A stretch of 36,821 nucleotides of DNA, taken from positions 1-36,821 of the forward strand of contig CAVVGP010000154.1 of assembly GCA_963747625.1 (NCBI GenBank). The letters run 5' to 3'. The DNA is from an uncultured Bacteroidales bacterium. Its GTDB lineage: Bacteria > Bacteroidota > Bacteroidia > Bacteroidales > VadinHA17. Shown piece by piece: positions 12,478-21,003 of this stretch (positions within the stretch are counted from its first letter, which is position 1; each line of letters starts with the position of its first letter). The notes under the pieces are model-generated. The model did not search any database. It was not told the origin of the DNA and was given only the letters and a program-made list of their open reading frames with translations. Both the position numbers and the translations under genes were made by a program.

Positions 12478-12963
12478 TCAGCTTTCTAAAAGCTTCTCAA
12501 TATCGTTAACAAGTTTTTCAGGTACAGTTGACGACGAAAATCTTTTAACCGGCACTCCTGACCGGTCAATCAGGAATTTGGTAAAGTTCCATTTGATTCT
12601 TCTGCCTAAAAGTCCGGGAAGCGTTTTTTTGAGATAGTTATAAATCGGATGAGCGTTTGGTCCGTTAACTTCAATCTTTGAGAACATCGGAAATGAAACA
12701 CCATAATTAATAAGACAACTTTCTGCGATCTCCTTTTCAGTTCCCGGTTCCTGATTTCCGAACTGGTTGCAGGGAAATCCAAGGATTACAAATCCCTTTT
12801 CATGGAATTTTCTATAAAGATTCTCAAGACCTTCATACTGAGGTGTAAATCCGCAATTACTGGCAGTATTCACTACCAGGATGACCTTCCCTCTGTAAAT
12901 ATCCATGCTGATCTCTTTACCCTGAATTGATTTTGCAGAGAACTGATAAAAGCTATTTTCCAT
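12478..12963 (-). CDS. Cys-type glutathione peroxidase family (BtuE/Gpx)
   Basis: VNTASNCGFTPQY, LGFPCNQFGNQEPG and IKWNFTKFL. Confidence 0.93.
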   Translation of the reverse strand: MENSFYQFSAKSIQGKEISMDIYRGKVILVVNTASNCGFTPQYEGLENLYRKFHEKGFVILGFPCNQFGNQEPGTEKEIAESCLINYGVSFPMFSKIEVNGPNAHPIYNYLKKTLPGLLGRRIKWNFTKFLIDRSGVPVKRFSSSTVPEKLVNDIEKLLES

Positions 12964-12972
12964 ATTGTTTAT

Positions 12973-13056
12973 TCTTGTTACTTGTTACTGGTTACTGATT
13001 ACTGATCACTGATTACTGATTACAGATAACCGATCACTGCTTACCGATCCTTGCTT
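12973..13056. repeat. Degenerate heptamer tandem array, ~12 units, consensus ACTGATT
   Basis: tcttgtt acttgtt actggtt actgatt actgatc actgatt actgatt acagata accgatc actgctt accgatc cttgctt. Confidence 0.9.
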
Positions 13057-13097
13057 ATCCCCCTGCCAATTATCGAGTTACTGAATAAAGATAGTAA

Positions 13098-13529
13098 CTA
13101 TTTTAACTTAGTTTTTATAGCAATCATTTTAAATACATTATCAACATCAATCTGATTGCTTATAATGATTGTTACAGGCCTGATCTGACCATATCTTTTT
13201 GCTTCCATGAATTCATTTTTTATAATCTGAGGAAGGTCGCTTTCAGCTATTACAGATTCAGCTTTATTCCCAAGATAGAATGTAATCCGGAATGTATCTG
13301 AAAGGATACCTGCCCAGAAGATTGTTTTCTTTTTCAAAGTCATCTTAAAAAGCCATCTTTCCCCATCGTTATAGTAATTCCATTGACCCATTGAATCTTT
13401 ATAGTTATTGATCATATGGTCAATTATGTCCTTCCAGAAGATCTTCTTATTGCCTATAACCGAAAAGATAAGATCGTCGGTTGGATAGATCTCTTTGTCG
13501 GTCAGTGACAGACTTGCTTTTTCCGGCAT
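13098..13529 (-). CDS. DUF3788-like protein
   Basis: 143-aa ORF with WNYYNDGERWLFKMTLKKKTIFW and C-terminal IAIK, recalled as typical of this family. Confidence 0.65.
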   Translation of the reverse strand: MPEKASLSLTDKEIYPTDDLIFSVIGNKKIFWKDIIDHMINNYKDSMGQWNYYNDGERWLFKMTLKKKTIFWAGILSDTFRITFYLGNKAESVIAESDLPQIIKNEFMEAKRYGQIRPVTIIISNQIDVDNVFKMIAIKTKLK

Positions 13530-13605
13530 GAATATTAATGATTAATCAGTTTTTGCCACAAAGGGCCCCAAAGGTCATCACGAAGGCACACCAGGGTTTA
13601 TTCAC

Positions 13606-13944
13606 TCAGTTTAAATTCTTTAAATTCATTAAAGCTTCCGGAGCGAATTTAATAACTCCTGCAATTATACTGCATTTTTCCAGGTCTTCGCATTCTCCAC
13701 ACGTATCAAAGCCCTTTGCTTTTGCACAAACCCTGATCTGGCACATACTCCAATGCCCAATCTTTGCTCCTTCCTCCCTGCATCCTGTACAATTTATCAT
13801 GTCAGGCGACATCTCTTCAACATTATAAAGTTTCTTCCATTTTTCTGCAGTGGCTTTTCTGAGTTCTTCATCGTTATTCATAGTGGCTATTCGTGCTTCA
13901 CATGCAGAACAGTCTAGACCACAACATGCAATGAGTTTTTTCAT
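13606..13944 (-). CDS. DUF3795 Cys-rich protein
   Basis: CCGLDCSAC, CTGC and CQIRVCA..CGEC..C pattern. Confidence 0.8.
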   Translation of the reverse strand: MKKLIACCGLDCSACEARIATMNNDEELRKATAEKWKKLYNVEEMSPDMINCTGCREEGAKIGHWSMCQIRVCAKAKGFDTCGECEDLEKCSIIAGVIKFAPEALMNLKNLN

Positions 13945-14199
13945 AGCTGAAAGTTTTTAATAACTGAAATATTTGAATGAGTATTGACTAATTATTAATC
14001 AATTTTCAACTATCAAGTTATATATTTTTAAGAAATCTAAAAAATAAATAAAGGAAAACAGCAGGAATAATCCCGCTGATAACATCGATCAGAATAAATC
14101 TCAATCGATTATGAGACCGATTGTATATCTGGATAAAAAAAGCTCAAAAAATAAGAGGCATAATTTACAGCCGACGGACCTTTGTTCTTATATATTTTC

Positions 14200-14646
14200 T
14201 TATTCCGAAGCTTTGGCTCTTTTAAGCGTCAGAGGAACCTCGCCCTCTGAGTATATAGCCTTACCTGACATTAAAGTATCATTTTCAATTCTAAGCAATA
14301 ACCTGACATCTCCCTGAATATATACAGAAAAGAAGATACTGTCTCTATCTGCTCTGACATTCTCACACGGATATTTAAAATCAAATCCTGCAAAAGACAT
14401 TGATGTTGTATCTTTTTGCAGAACATTTCCGACATTTAAAAATCCCGATGTATATCCTTCAGGTGCATATGGGGCTTCAAATTTCCATGTACCTGAAAAC
14501 TTATTTTTATTGGTACTTTGACCGCTGACACTTATTGCTAAAAGAGATGAAACCAGCAATAATAAAAAAATTCTATTTTTCATTGTAATCAGATTTTTAG
14601 ATTTCAAATATAGAAATCTATTATCAGATTTTAACAGAATGTTCAA
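14200..14646 (-). CDS. Hypothetical secreted protein (probable start at the internal MKNRIF)
   Basis: Signal-peptide-like segment followed by GTWKFEAPYAPEGY. Confidence 0.65.
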   Translation of the reverse strand: MNILLKSDNRFLYLKSKNLITMKNRIFLLLLVSSLLAISVSGQSTNKNKFSGTWKFEAPYAPEGYTSGFLNVGNVLQKDTTSMSFAGFDFKYPCENVRADRDSIFFSVYIQGDVRLLLRIENDTLMSGKAIYSEGEVPLTLKRAKASE

Positions 14647-14683
14647 AATTTGAATAAATAAAACTGCTTACCCCTGCTGAAAA

Positions 14684-15310
14684 TTAACAACCTCCGGCAG
14701 CCCTTTTCTTTTTAGGAGCAGCTTGAATTGCCGGTTTTGCAGATACAGTGCTTTGATCCTGGCTTGGCTGAACAGTTGTACTTCCGCCGCCAAGTGCCTT
14801 TCCTGCACTTACCCTGAAATCATATTTTGCAAATTCCTCATCAGGACTCGTGGATGCTGGTTTTTTCGGGTTGAGTATTGAATCAAACCAGTAATTCAGA
14901 CCACCTTCAAGAACAAAGTTATTTTTATAACCAAGTTGTCTTGTAACCATCCAGGCCTCATTGGCAGTAAGAGTACCGTTTGAGTAGAATATATTCATTT
15001 TGGCATCCTGATTAAGAATATCAGCGTATTTATCCGAAAGCAGGTCAGTGATTGGAATGTTTATAGCTCCCGGAAGGCTGAATTTTTCAAAATCATCCTG
15101 GCTTCTTACATCTATAAGCTGAAATGAAGGATCCTTTTTTACAATCATATCGGCAACGGTTTCAGGTGCAATGTACTGAGTACGCGTACTTGCCTCAGCA
15201 AGTAACTGATTTGCAGTTAACTTATAGGGTTTTGTTTTATTCTGTGGAACCGCAGCAATAATCAAACCCATCGGAATAATAATGATTGCCAAAAGTTTGA
15301 GTGGTTTCAT
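14684..15310 (-). CDS. Exported/membrane-anchored rhodanese-fold protein with C-terminal GGC tail
   Basis: N-terminal hydrophobic segment; LIDVRS..F..LPGAINIP..LEGGLNYW; active loop IFYSNG lacks Cys; ends KKKRAAGGC-TAA. Confidence 0.85.
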   Translation of the reverse strand: MKPLKLLAIIIIPMGLIIAAVPQNKTKPYKLTANQLLAEASTRTQYIAPETVADMIVKKDPSFQLIDVRSQDDFEKFSLPGAINIPITDLLSDKYADILNQDAKMNIFYSNGTLTANEAWMVTRQLGYKNNFVLEGGLNYWFDSILNPKKPASTSPDEEFAKYDFRVSAGKALGGGSTTVQPSQDQSTVSAKPAIQAAPKKKRAAGGC

Positions 15311-15353
15311 GATATTATGTTTTAAGTTTTTATTATCTGATCAATTTTTTTGT

Positions 15354-15477
15354 TGCTAGGTGCTGGTTCCTAGGTGCTTGTTGTCGTTTACTCTCAGTTC
15401 TTAACAAGTAACCAGTAACCAGCAACTTTCTATATTTTTTATTATTTGCTTTTGTCTTTTGTCTTTTGTCTTTTATT
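15354..15477. repeat. Heptamer arrays: inverted TGCTGGT/AACCAGT set plus (TTTTGTC)3
   Basis: tgctagg tgctggt tcctagg tgcttgt ... aacaagt aaccagt aaccagc; ttttgtc x3 at 15450-15470. Confidence 0.8.
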
Positions 15478-16067
15478 TAGTATTCTTCCCTCGGGAATCT
15501 TTTTTCAGCCCATTCCCCAACCCAGAACATTCCAAGTGCAACTAGCACCATCAGGAATGCAACTACGCCATCCGATAGACCGAGTACCTGACTTAACTTT
15601 GGAAAACCCAGGAATTTTGCAAGATACATTCCGTTCCAGATCTTATATCCCAAAGCGAAAGCAAAAACTCCGATAAATAATCCTCCAATGAAGACTAAGG
15701 CATCAATTTTTCCAATTGATGCAGCACAAAAACTTGTTCCCGGACAAAATCCTCCCATGATGAATCCTGCCCCCATAATTATTCCTCCAACTATAGCTGA
15801 TGTCACATAGGTTGGATTAATATAAATAAGGTTAAGATCAATCCAGCCGAACAGGCTGAAGAAAAGCAACCCTAGCATAGCGGTAATAGCTGCAGTAAAA
15901 AATACTTTAAGAACTACAGTATCATAACCATAAAAGACACCAGCAAGTTTTCTGCTTGAAGAAAACCCGCTTGCTTCAAGGACAAATCCAAAACCTATCC
16001 CGATTATAAAAGCCAGAAACAGGTTTGTATTATCTGATATTATTTCGTTTACTACTAATGGTCCCAT
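15477..16067 (-). CDS. YeeE/YedE sulfur-compound transporter family (half 2)
   Basis: Multi-TM protein with GIGFGFVLE and GAGFIMGGFCPGT. Confidence 0.88.
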   Translation of the reverse strand: MGPLVVNEIISDNTNLFLAFIIGIGFGFVLEASGFSSSRKLAGVFYGYDTVVLKVFFTAAITAMLGLLFFSLFGWIDLNLIYINPTYVTSAIVGGIIMGAGFIMGGFCPGTSFCAASIGKIDALVFIGGLFIGVFAFALGYKIWNGMYLAKFLGFPKLSQVLGLSDGVVAFLMVLVALGMFWVGEWAEKRFPREEY

Positions 16068-16124
16068 TGGATTTTTATTAAATTACGTTGTATTTTAAAA
16101 GATATTTTATATGATTTAATTAAT

Positions 16125-16199
16125 GGCACAAAGGCGCAAAGGTCCAAGGGTCAGTATTCTTTCTGATAATCTTTCCAATTTAGCCGTTGAGCCGTTGAG
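16125..16199. repeat. 8-nt periodic repeat element (GGCACAAA.. / ..CCGTTGAG)
   Basis: ggcacaaa ggcgcaaa ggtccaag ... ccgttgag ccgttgag, between the two yeeE genes. Confidence 0.5.
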
Positions 16200-16204
16200 A
16201 GGTA

Positions 16205-16738
16205 TCATATCCAGTTCTTCCTTACAAAATAAGCCAGTGCATAAGCCGTACCGAAAATGAAGACCATAGTTATAAAGCCTCCCAGTGACAATACCGCCAT
16301 TCCGCTAAGTGCTGACCCACTGGTGCATCCCCTGCCGAGCTCAGCTCCAAAACCAAAAAGAACGCCTCCTGTTAAAGCAAAGAAAAGTCGTCTCTTAACA
16401 GTTATTTTTGGCGAATGTTCAACTTTGAATTTCAGACGTCCGGCAAATGCTCCGGAAAGAAATCCGCCTACAAGAACGCCTGTCATTTCAAAAACAAGCC
16501 AGTTTTTCATCGGGTTTCCAGGATGAGATTCTTTATATTCTTTGACAAAGCCAGACTTTTCAGATGCTGATGGAGCAACAGTTGTCATAGTTGTAACAAT
16601 TGCACTTTTTATAGCTCCGCTGGCCCCCAGACCTCTGCCTGAAACAAAATTAGCTGCAAGTAATACTAAGCCTAACAGTACTCCTCCAATATAAGGATTC
16701 AGGTACTTTGTCTTTTTTGATTCCATTGATGTATTCAT
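16205..16738 (-). CDS. YeeE/YedE sulfur-compound transporter family (half 1)
   Basis: NPYIGGVLLG, GRGLGASG and GFGAELGRGCTSG. Confidence 0.88.
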   Translation of the reverse strand: MNTSMESKKTKYLNPYIGGVLLGLVLLAANFVSGRGLGASGAIKSAIVTTMTTVAPSASEKSGFVKEYKESHPGNPMKNWLVFEMTGVLVGGFLSGAFAGRLKFKVEHSPKITVKRRLFFALTGGVLFGFGAELGRGCTSGSALSGMAVLSLGGFITMVFIFGTAYALAYFVRKNWI

Positions 16739-16836
16739 AATTTTAAAATCTATTCCTATTTCTTAATTTCAATTATCTTAAATCAGGAGTAAGCTATGCA
16801 GGTTATATATACCTCCCAAAGCTTGCCAATAACACG

Positions 16837-17778
16837 TCAATATAGCCACCTGCTTACCTGTCCGGCATAAACTATAATAAACCTCAGCATAAGGCTGCCA
16901 AATATAACCAGGACAGCCGGAACTAATGCCGGTATATGAAATTTTCCCAACTCCATGAATTCCAGAAGTGCAGGAATCAGCATGCCGAGTATAACAACAA
17001 ATATCCAGAATGACATTGTATATGGTCCGCCAAGAAACATCTTTGCTGCTTCAATCTGAACCTGTGTGCTTGCGAGAAAACCCATAAACATATGTATGAT
17101 GAGAAACAGCTCGATACCTATTAACACAAGATCTATTCTTGCAAACTGTTTTCTTTCATCCTTGTCATTGGATAATATTAATGTCGCTGCAGCTCCGGCA
17201 GATAAACCAGATGTAAGGAACAACGGACCAAGGATTGACGTATTCCAAAGCGGACGTGCATTAAAGGCTGACAACAAAATTCCTGTATAGATTCCAAGAA
17301 TAATACCATAAATAAGCATAATCCATGCAATGACCTTTTTGTATTTATTTAAAAAAACCTCAATATCGTATAACAATTTGAATTTCCAGTCCCAGTTAGG
17401 AAAGATGTCTCTGATATGCAAAGCGCACCATATAAATGAAACAGGTGTTATCACAAGTAGAGTCCATGCACCCCATGACATAGGTGACTGTAACCTGATG
17501 TGTGTATAAAGCTGCCAGAAGAACAGTTTATGCCTCAGGTCAACAAAAAGTGCTAGCAGACCAAGAACCAGCATAAAAGGTGCCAAGAAAGGAGTTATGC
17601 GAACTGCTGTTTTATAATCTTTCTCTCTGCCTCTTATATAATATAGTGCAGAGATGCAAAGTATTCCGGCAGCCATCCCTCCCAGAAAGAGATAGAGAGG
17701 TATCTCCCAATGCCAGATATTGAGTTGCGGATCAATGAGATGATTCATTCTACCACTTACAAATATTTCTTCTTCCAT
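16837..17778 (-). CDS. psrC: NrfD/PsrC-type membrane anchor of polysulfide/thiosulfate reductase
   Basis: WHWEIPLYLFLGGMAAG, SPMSWGAW, YTGILLS..RPLWN and LRFIIVYAGQ; about 8 TM segments. Confidence 0.88.
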   Translation of the reverse strand: MEEEIFVSGRMNHLIDPQLNIWHWEIPLYLFLGGMAAGILCISALYYIRGREKDYKTAVRITPFLAPFMLVLGLLALFVDLRHKLFFWQLYTHIRLQSPMSWGAWTLLVITPVSFIWCALHIRDIFPNWDWKFKLLYDIEVFLNKYKKVIAWIMLIYGIILGIYTGILLSAFNARPLWNTSILGPLFLTSGLSAGAAATLILSNDKDERKQFARIDLVLIGIELFLIIHMFMGFLASTQVQIEAAKMFLGGPYTMSFWIFVVILGMLIPALLEFMELGKFHIPALVPAVLVIFGSLMLRFIIVYAGQVSRWLY

Positions 17779-17798
17779 TTTAAATGGTTGTTATTTAA

Positions 17799-18332
17799 TT
17801 AAATCAAAAAATAAAGTTGAGGCTTCGTACCTGCTTCAGGAATGAGTGTTTTTGATTTTCGTTTCTTCAAAACCACTGATACATCACTGTTTGGATCATC
17901 CAGATCTCCGAAATAAATGCATTTTGTCGGGCAGACAGCTGCACAAGCCGGTTTAAGTCCTTCCTTAATTCTGTGTATGCAAAAAGTACATTTATCAACA
18001 TATCCATCCGGATGAGGATAACGTGCATCATATGGACACGAAGCCATACATGCCCCGCAGCCGATGCATTTATTATGATCTACAAGGACAATTCCTCCTT
18101 CCGAAAAATGACTTGCTCCTGTCGGACAGCAACGGACACACGGTGCATTTATACAATGGTTGCATCGTTCCGACCTTATCTCGATCTCAAGCTGGGGGTA
18201 AGTACCATTCATTACCTCAACAACCCAGTCGCGGCAAAAACCATGAGGAACATTATTCTCAGTCTGGCAGGCTACAACACAATCGCTGCAACCTACGCAT
18301 TTTTTGGTATCAACTGCCATTGCATATCTCAT
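17799..18332 (-). CDS. psrB: Four-cluster Fe-S electron transfer subunit (PsrB/PhsB/NrfC)
   Basis: CVGCSDCVVAC, CNHCINAPCVRCCP, CIGCGACMASCPY and KCTFC..CAAVCPT. Confidence 0.9.
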   Translation of the reverse strand: MRYAMAVDTKKCVGCSDCVVACQTENNVPHGFCRDWVVEVMNGTYPQLEIEIRSERCNHCINAPCVRCCPTGASHFSEGGIVLVDHNKCIGCGACMASCPYDARYPHPDGYVDKCTFCIHRIKEGLKPACAAVCPTKCIYFGDLDDPNSDVSVVLKKRKSKTLIPEAGTKPQLYFLI

Positions 18333-20566
18333 AATGCAACCTCCTTATCTGGTTTTTCAGTAACAAATGTCACAAAGTTAGATCTCATTCCTGTACCACC
18401 CATCAATGGGTCGGTCAGAATTTTCGTTATCATCCGTGTATCACTCACTCCTTTTCCATAACATCTCGTCATCTGCTTCTGAGCATGACCAAAGCCATGT
18501 ACCGCATAAACCGAATCCCATCTGATACGTTCAGTTACTCTCACTTTGATTTTAAAATTAGAAATTACTCCATCCTGATTCTTGAGCCATATATATTGAC
18601 CCGTTGTCAGTCCCCACATTTTCGAAACCTTTGGATTTACCCACAGACTGTTCTCATGCAGAAGATCTGTCAGATTCGGATTATTTGAAGTTCTTCCGAA
18701 TGTATGTTGAGGTGTACGACCATAAATCAGACGGTAATATCCATCCGGTGGTTCCTCATGAGGAGTGTATTTTGGAAGAGGATCAAATCCTGCCTGTTCA
18801 AAGCTTTTGGAATACAATTCAATTTTCCCGGAATCGGTTGGGAATACTACATTTTCATTATCGGCATAATACAGATCATCTGCATCCCTTTCTTTGGTCT
18901 TTACGCCGATTCGTTGCATCTCTTCCAGTGAAGAACCACACTGCTTTAATTGCCAGTCGAGCAGATCTTCTATTTTTTCAAACGGGAAATACATTCCGAG
19001 ATCAAGTTTTACAGCAAGCGCCCTTGCAATTTCATATCCCGATCTGGTATTGTACATAGGTTCTGCTGCAGGCATTCTCAATGCAATAGCCGGCTTACGG
19101 TGAGGGCTGATCCTCAGATATTCATATCTTTCAAGATAGGTGCACTCGGGCAGAACCACATCGGCCCACCCCGTAATCTCCATAGGCATAGTGTCGACAG
19201 ACACTATCAGGTCGAGATTCTGTATCGCTTTTATAGTGTTGGCCTGGTCAGGAATAGATGACATCAGGTTTGTTGCGTTGACAAACCATCCCTTTATCAG
19301 TAATCCCGGTTTGTTTTCAGGTATAGAAGCATCGATAAGTACGTTGGAAACGGGAGAACTTGCAATTGGATACTTCCCCGGGAATGCATCTGTCCAGCTT
19401 TTTTTCGGTTGAGGATATTTCGGTATTTTAGCAGATGGCACATCAAATTTCGATGGTCTGTAAAAACCGCCACGTCTTCCCCATGAACCAAGGAGAGCAT
19501 TTAAAATTGCGATAGCACGACTCCTTTGGGTATCATCGCCATACCAGGTAACATGTCGTCCCGGATGAACTATTACAGCAGGAGATGCATTAGCCATTTC
19601 TTTTGCTGTTTTACGTATTTTATCAGGCGGTATTGTCGTAATTGCATAAGCCCATTCAGGGGTAAAATCCTTTACATGTTCTTTCAGCTGGTCAAAACCC
19701 AGAGAATATTTTTCAATGTAATTTTTATCGTACAGATTATTATAAATGATCTCATGTATCCATGCCAGAAGCAATGCAATATCAGTAGACGGTTTAATGG
19801 CAAGCCAGTACTTTGATTTACCGGCAGCTGTTGAAAACCTTGGATCCACTGTAATAATTGTGACCCCTTTATCAATAGCATCCAACATTTCCTGTATCTG
19901 ACCGTTATGCATGTTCTCGCCGATATGAGATCCTATGAGAACCAGACATTTTGTATCACGGATGTCTGTCACTTCAGGAGAATAAACTTCTTCACCGAAA
20001 GTCGCAAAAAATGCTTCATCCCTTGGTCCTTTACACTGGGCATATGCCGGTTCTGCTATATTTGATGAACCAAATGCCTGAAACAGATTAGTATAATAAG
20101 AACTCCCGGAACCATGGGTGAGTAATGCCATACTTTCAGGACCATATTTTGAAGATATTTCCTTCATTTTTGATGCAACCAGGTCCAGTGCCTCATCCCA
20201 TGTTGCCTCACGAAATACCTGCTTTCCACGTTCTTTGACTCTGATAAGTGGCGTCTTTAGTCTGTCTTCATCATAGTACATCCCTACACCACCTGTTCCA
20301 CGGGGACACAGACGTCCGTTAGAATGCTGATCTTCATCATTTCCTATTATTTTCCAGATTTTACCCTCGGAAGTTTTATAAACCCAGCCGGCACATTTCC
20401 AGAAGCATACCTCGCAGTAAGTAGGTGTCCGCTTGAGATTGACCTTGAGTTTTTTTGCTTCATCCGGAGAGGAAAATAATTTGACAGCACCGGCTGCTCC
20501 TCTGGTCATTGCCAGGACACCGGCGCTCATTGCCGAAATTTTAATAAAATCTCTCCTGCTAGTCAT
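18329..20566 (-). CDS. psrA: Tat-exported Mo/W-bis-PGD oxidoreductase, polysulfide/thiosulfate reductase catalytic subunit type
   Basis: SRRDFIK twin-arginine motif; CEVCFWKC...LCPRG Fe-S motif; candidate metal-ligand Cys in YAQCKGPR; WADVVLPECTYLER; PsrB/PsrC genes directly downstream. Confidence 0.82.
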   Translation of the reverse strand: MTSRRDFIKISAMSAGVLAMTRGAAGAVKLFSSPDEAKKLKVNLKRTPTYCEVCFWKCAGWVYKTSEGKIWKIIGNDEDQHSNGRLCPRGTGGVGMYYDEDRLKTPLIRVKERGKQVFREATWDEALDLVASKMKEISSKYGPESMALLTHGSGSSYYTNLFQAFGSSNIAEPAYAQCKGPRDEAFFATFGEEVYSPEVTDIRDTKCLVLIGSHIGENMHNGQIQEMLDAIDKGVTIITVDPRFSTAAGKSKYWLAIKPSTDIALLLAWIHEIIYNNLYDKNYIEKYSLGFDQLKEHVKDFTPEWAYAITTIPPDKIRKTAKEMANASPAVIVHPGRHVTWYGDDTQRSRAIAILNALLGSWGRRGGFYRPSKFDVPSAKIPKYPQPKKSWTDAFPGKYPIASSPVSNVLIDASIPENKPGLLIKGWFVNATNLMSSIPDQANTIKAIQNLDLIVSVDTMPMEITGWADVVLPECTYLERYEYLRISPHRKPAIALRMPAAEPMYNTRSGYEIARALAVKLDLGMYFPFEKIEDLLDWQLKQCGSSLEEMQRIGVKTKERDADDLYYADNENVVFPTDSGKIELYSKSFEQAGFDPLPKYTPHEEPPDGYYRLIYGRTPQHTFGRTSNNPNLTDLLHENSLWVNPKVSKMWGLTTGQYIWLKNQDGVISNFKIKVRVTERIRWDSVYAVHGFGHAQKQMTRCYGKGVSDTRMITKILTDPLMGGTGMRSNFVTFVTEKPDKEVAL

Positions 20567-20587
20567 TTATTAAGTATAATTGTAGCC

Positions 20588-20595
20588 CAAAACTA
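20588..20595 (-). promoter_or_regulatory. -7 promoter box for the psr operon
   Basis: TAGTTTTG on the minus strand, ~22 nt upstream of the ATG. Confidence 0.5.
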
Positions 20596-20936
20596 GGAAA
20601 AAAAAATCTAGCTTCTATTCACATATTTAGATAAATAAATGTATAAAATATAGAAGGATTTTAAAATCTACTGTTAACAAATTAACAATCTGATAAATGC
20701 CACTTGTTTAGAATCCGTATAAATTACATATCGCAACTTCGTAGTGCGTTGAGTGAATGACTTAAGTGAAGTCACGGATTAATTTTATGATGTACCAAAA
20801 GGCAGGATTATTTCATTTAATTGAGGTAAAATTTTTCTTAATTCCAGGATTCTGGATTCATTTAATGGAAATTAGCACAGCTTACCATAGCTAAAGCAGT
20901 ATTTACCATCAACTTTCGCTTGCATCAAAGTTATTT

Positions 20937-20967
20937 TTTGACAAATGGATAGTTAAAACTAAATTTG
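20937..20967 (+). promoter_or_regulatory. Bacteroidota-type promoter (-33 TTTG, -7 TAAATTTG)
   Basis: TTTG at 20937-20940, 19-nt spacer, TAAATTTG at 20960-20967. Confidence 0.6.
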
Positions 20968-21003
20968 AAGCCTTTAAAAACAAATTAAATCCAAGCCAGG
21001 CAG

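Noticed and set aside
12973-13056. Possible CRISPR array
   Set aside because: Contiguous 7-nt units with no spacers, and no cas genes in the window.
17973-19881. Numerous antisense or alternate-frame ORFs over psrAB (and similar ones over dcp, hdr and qmoC)
   Set aside because: Shadow ORFs of well-supported genes with no family features.
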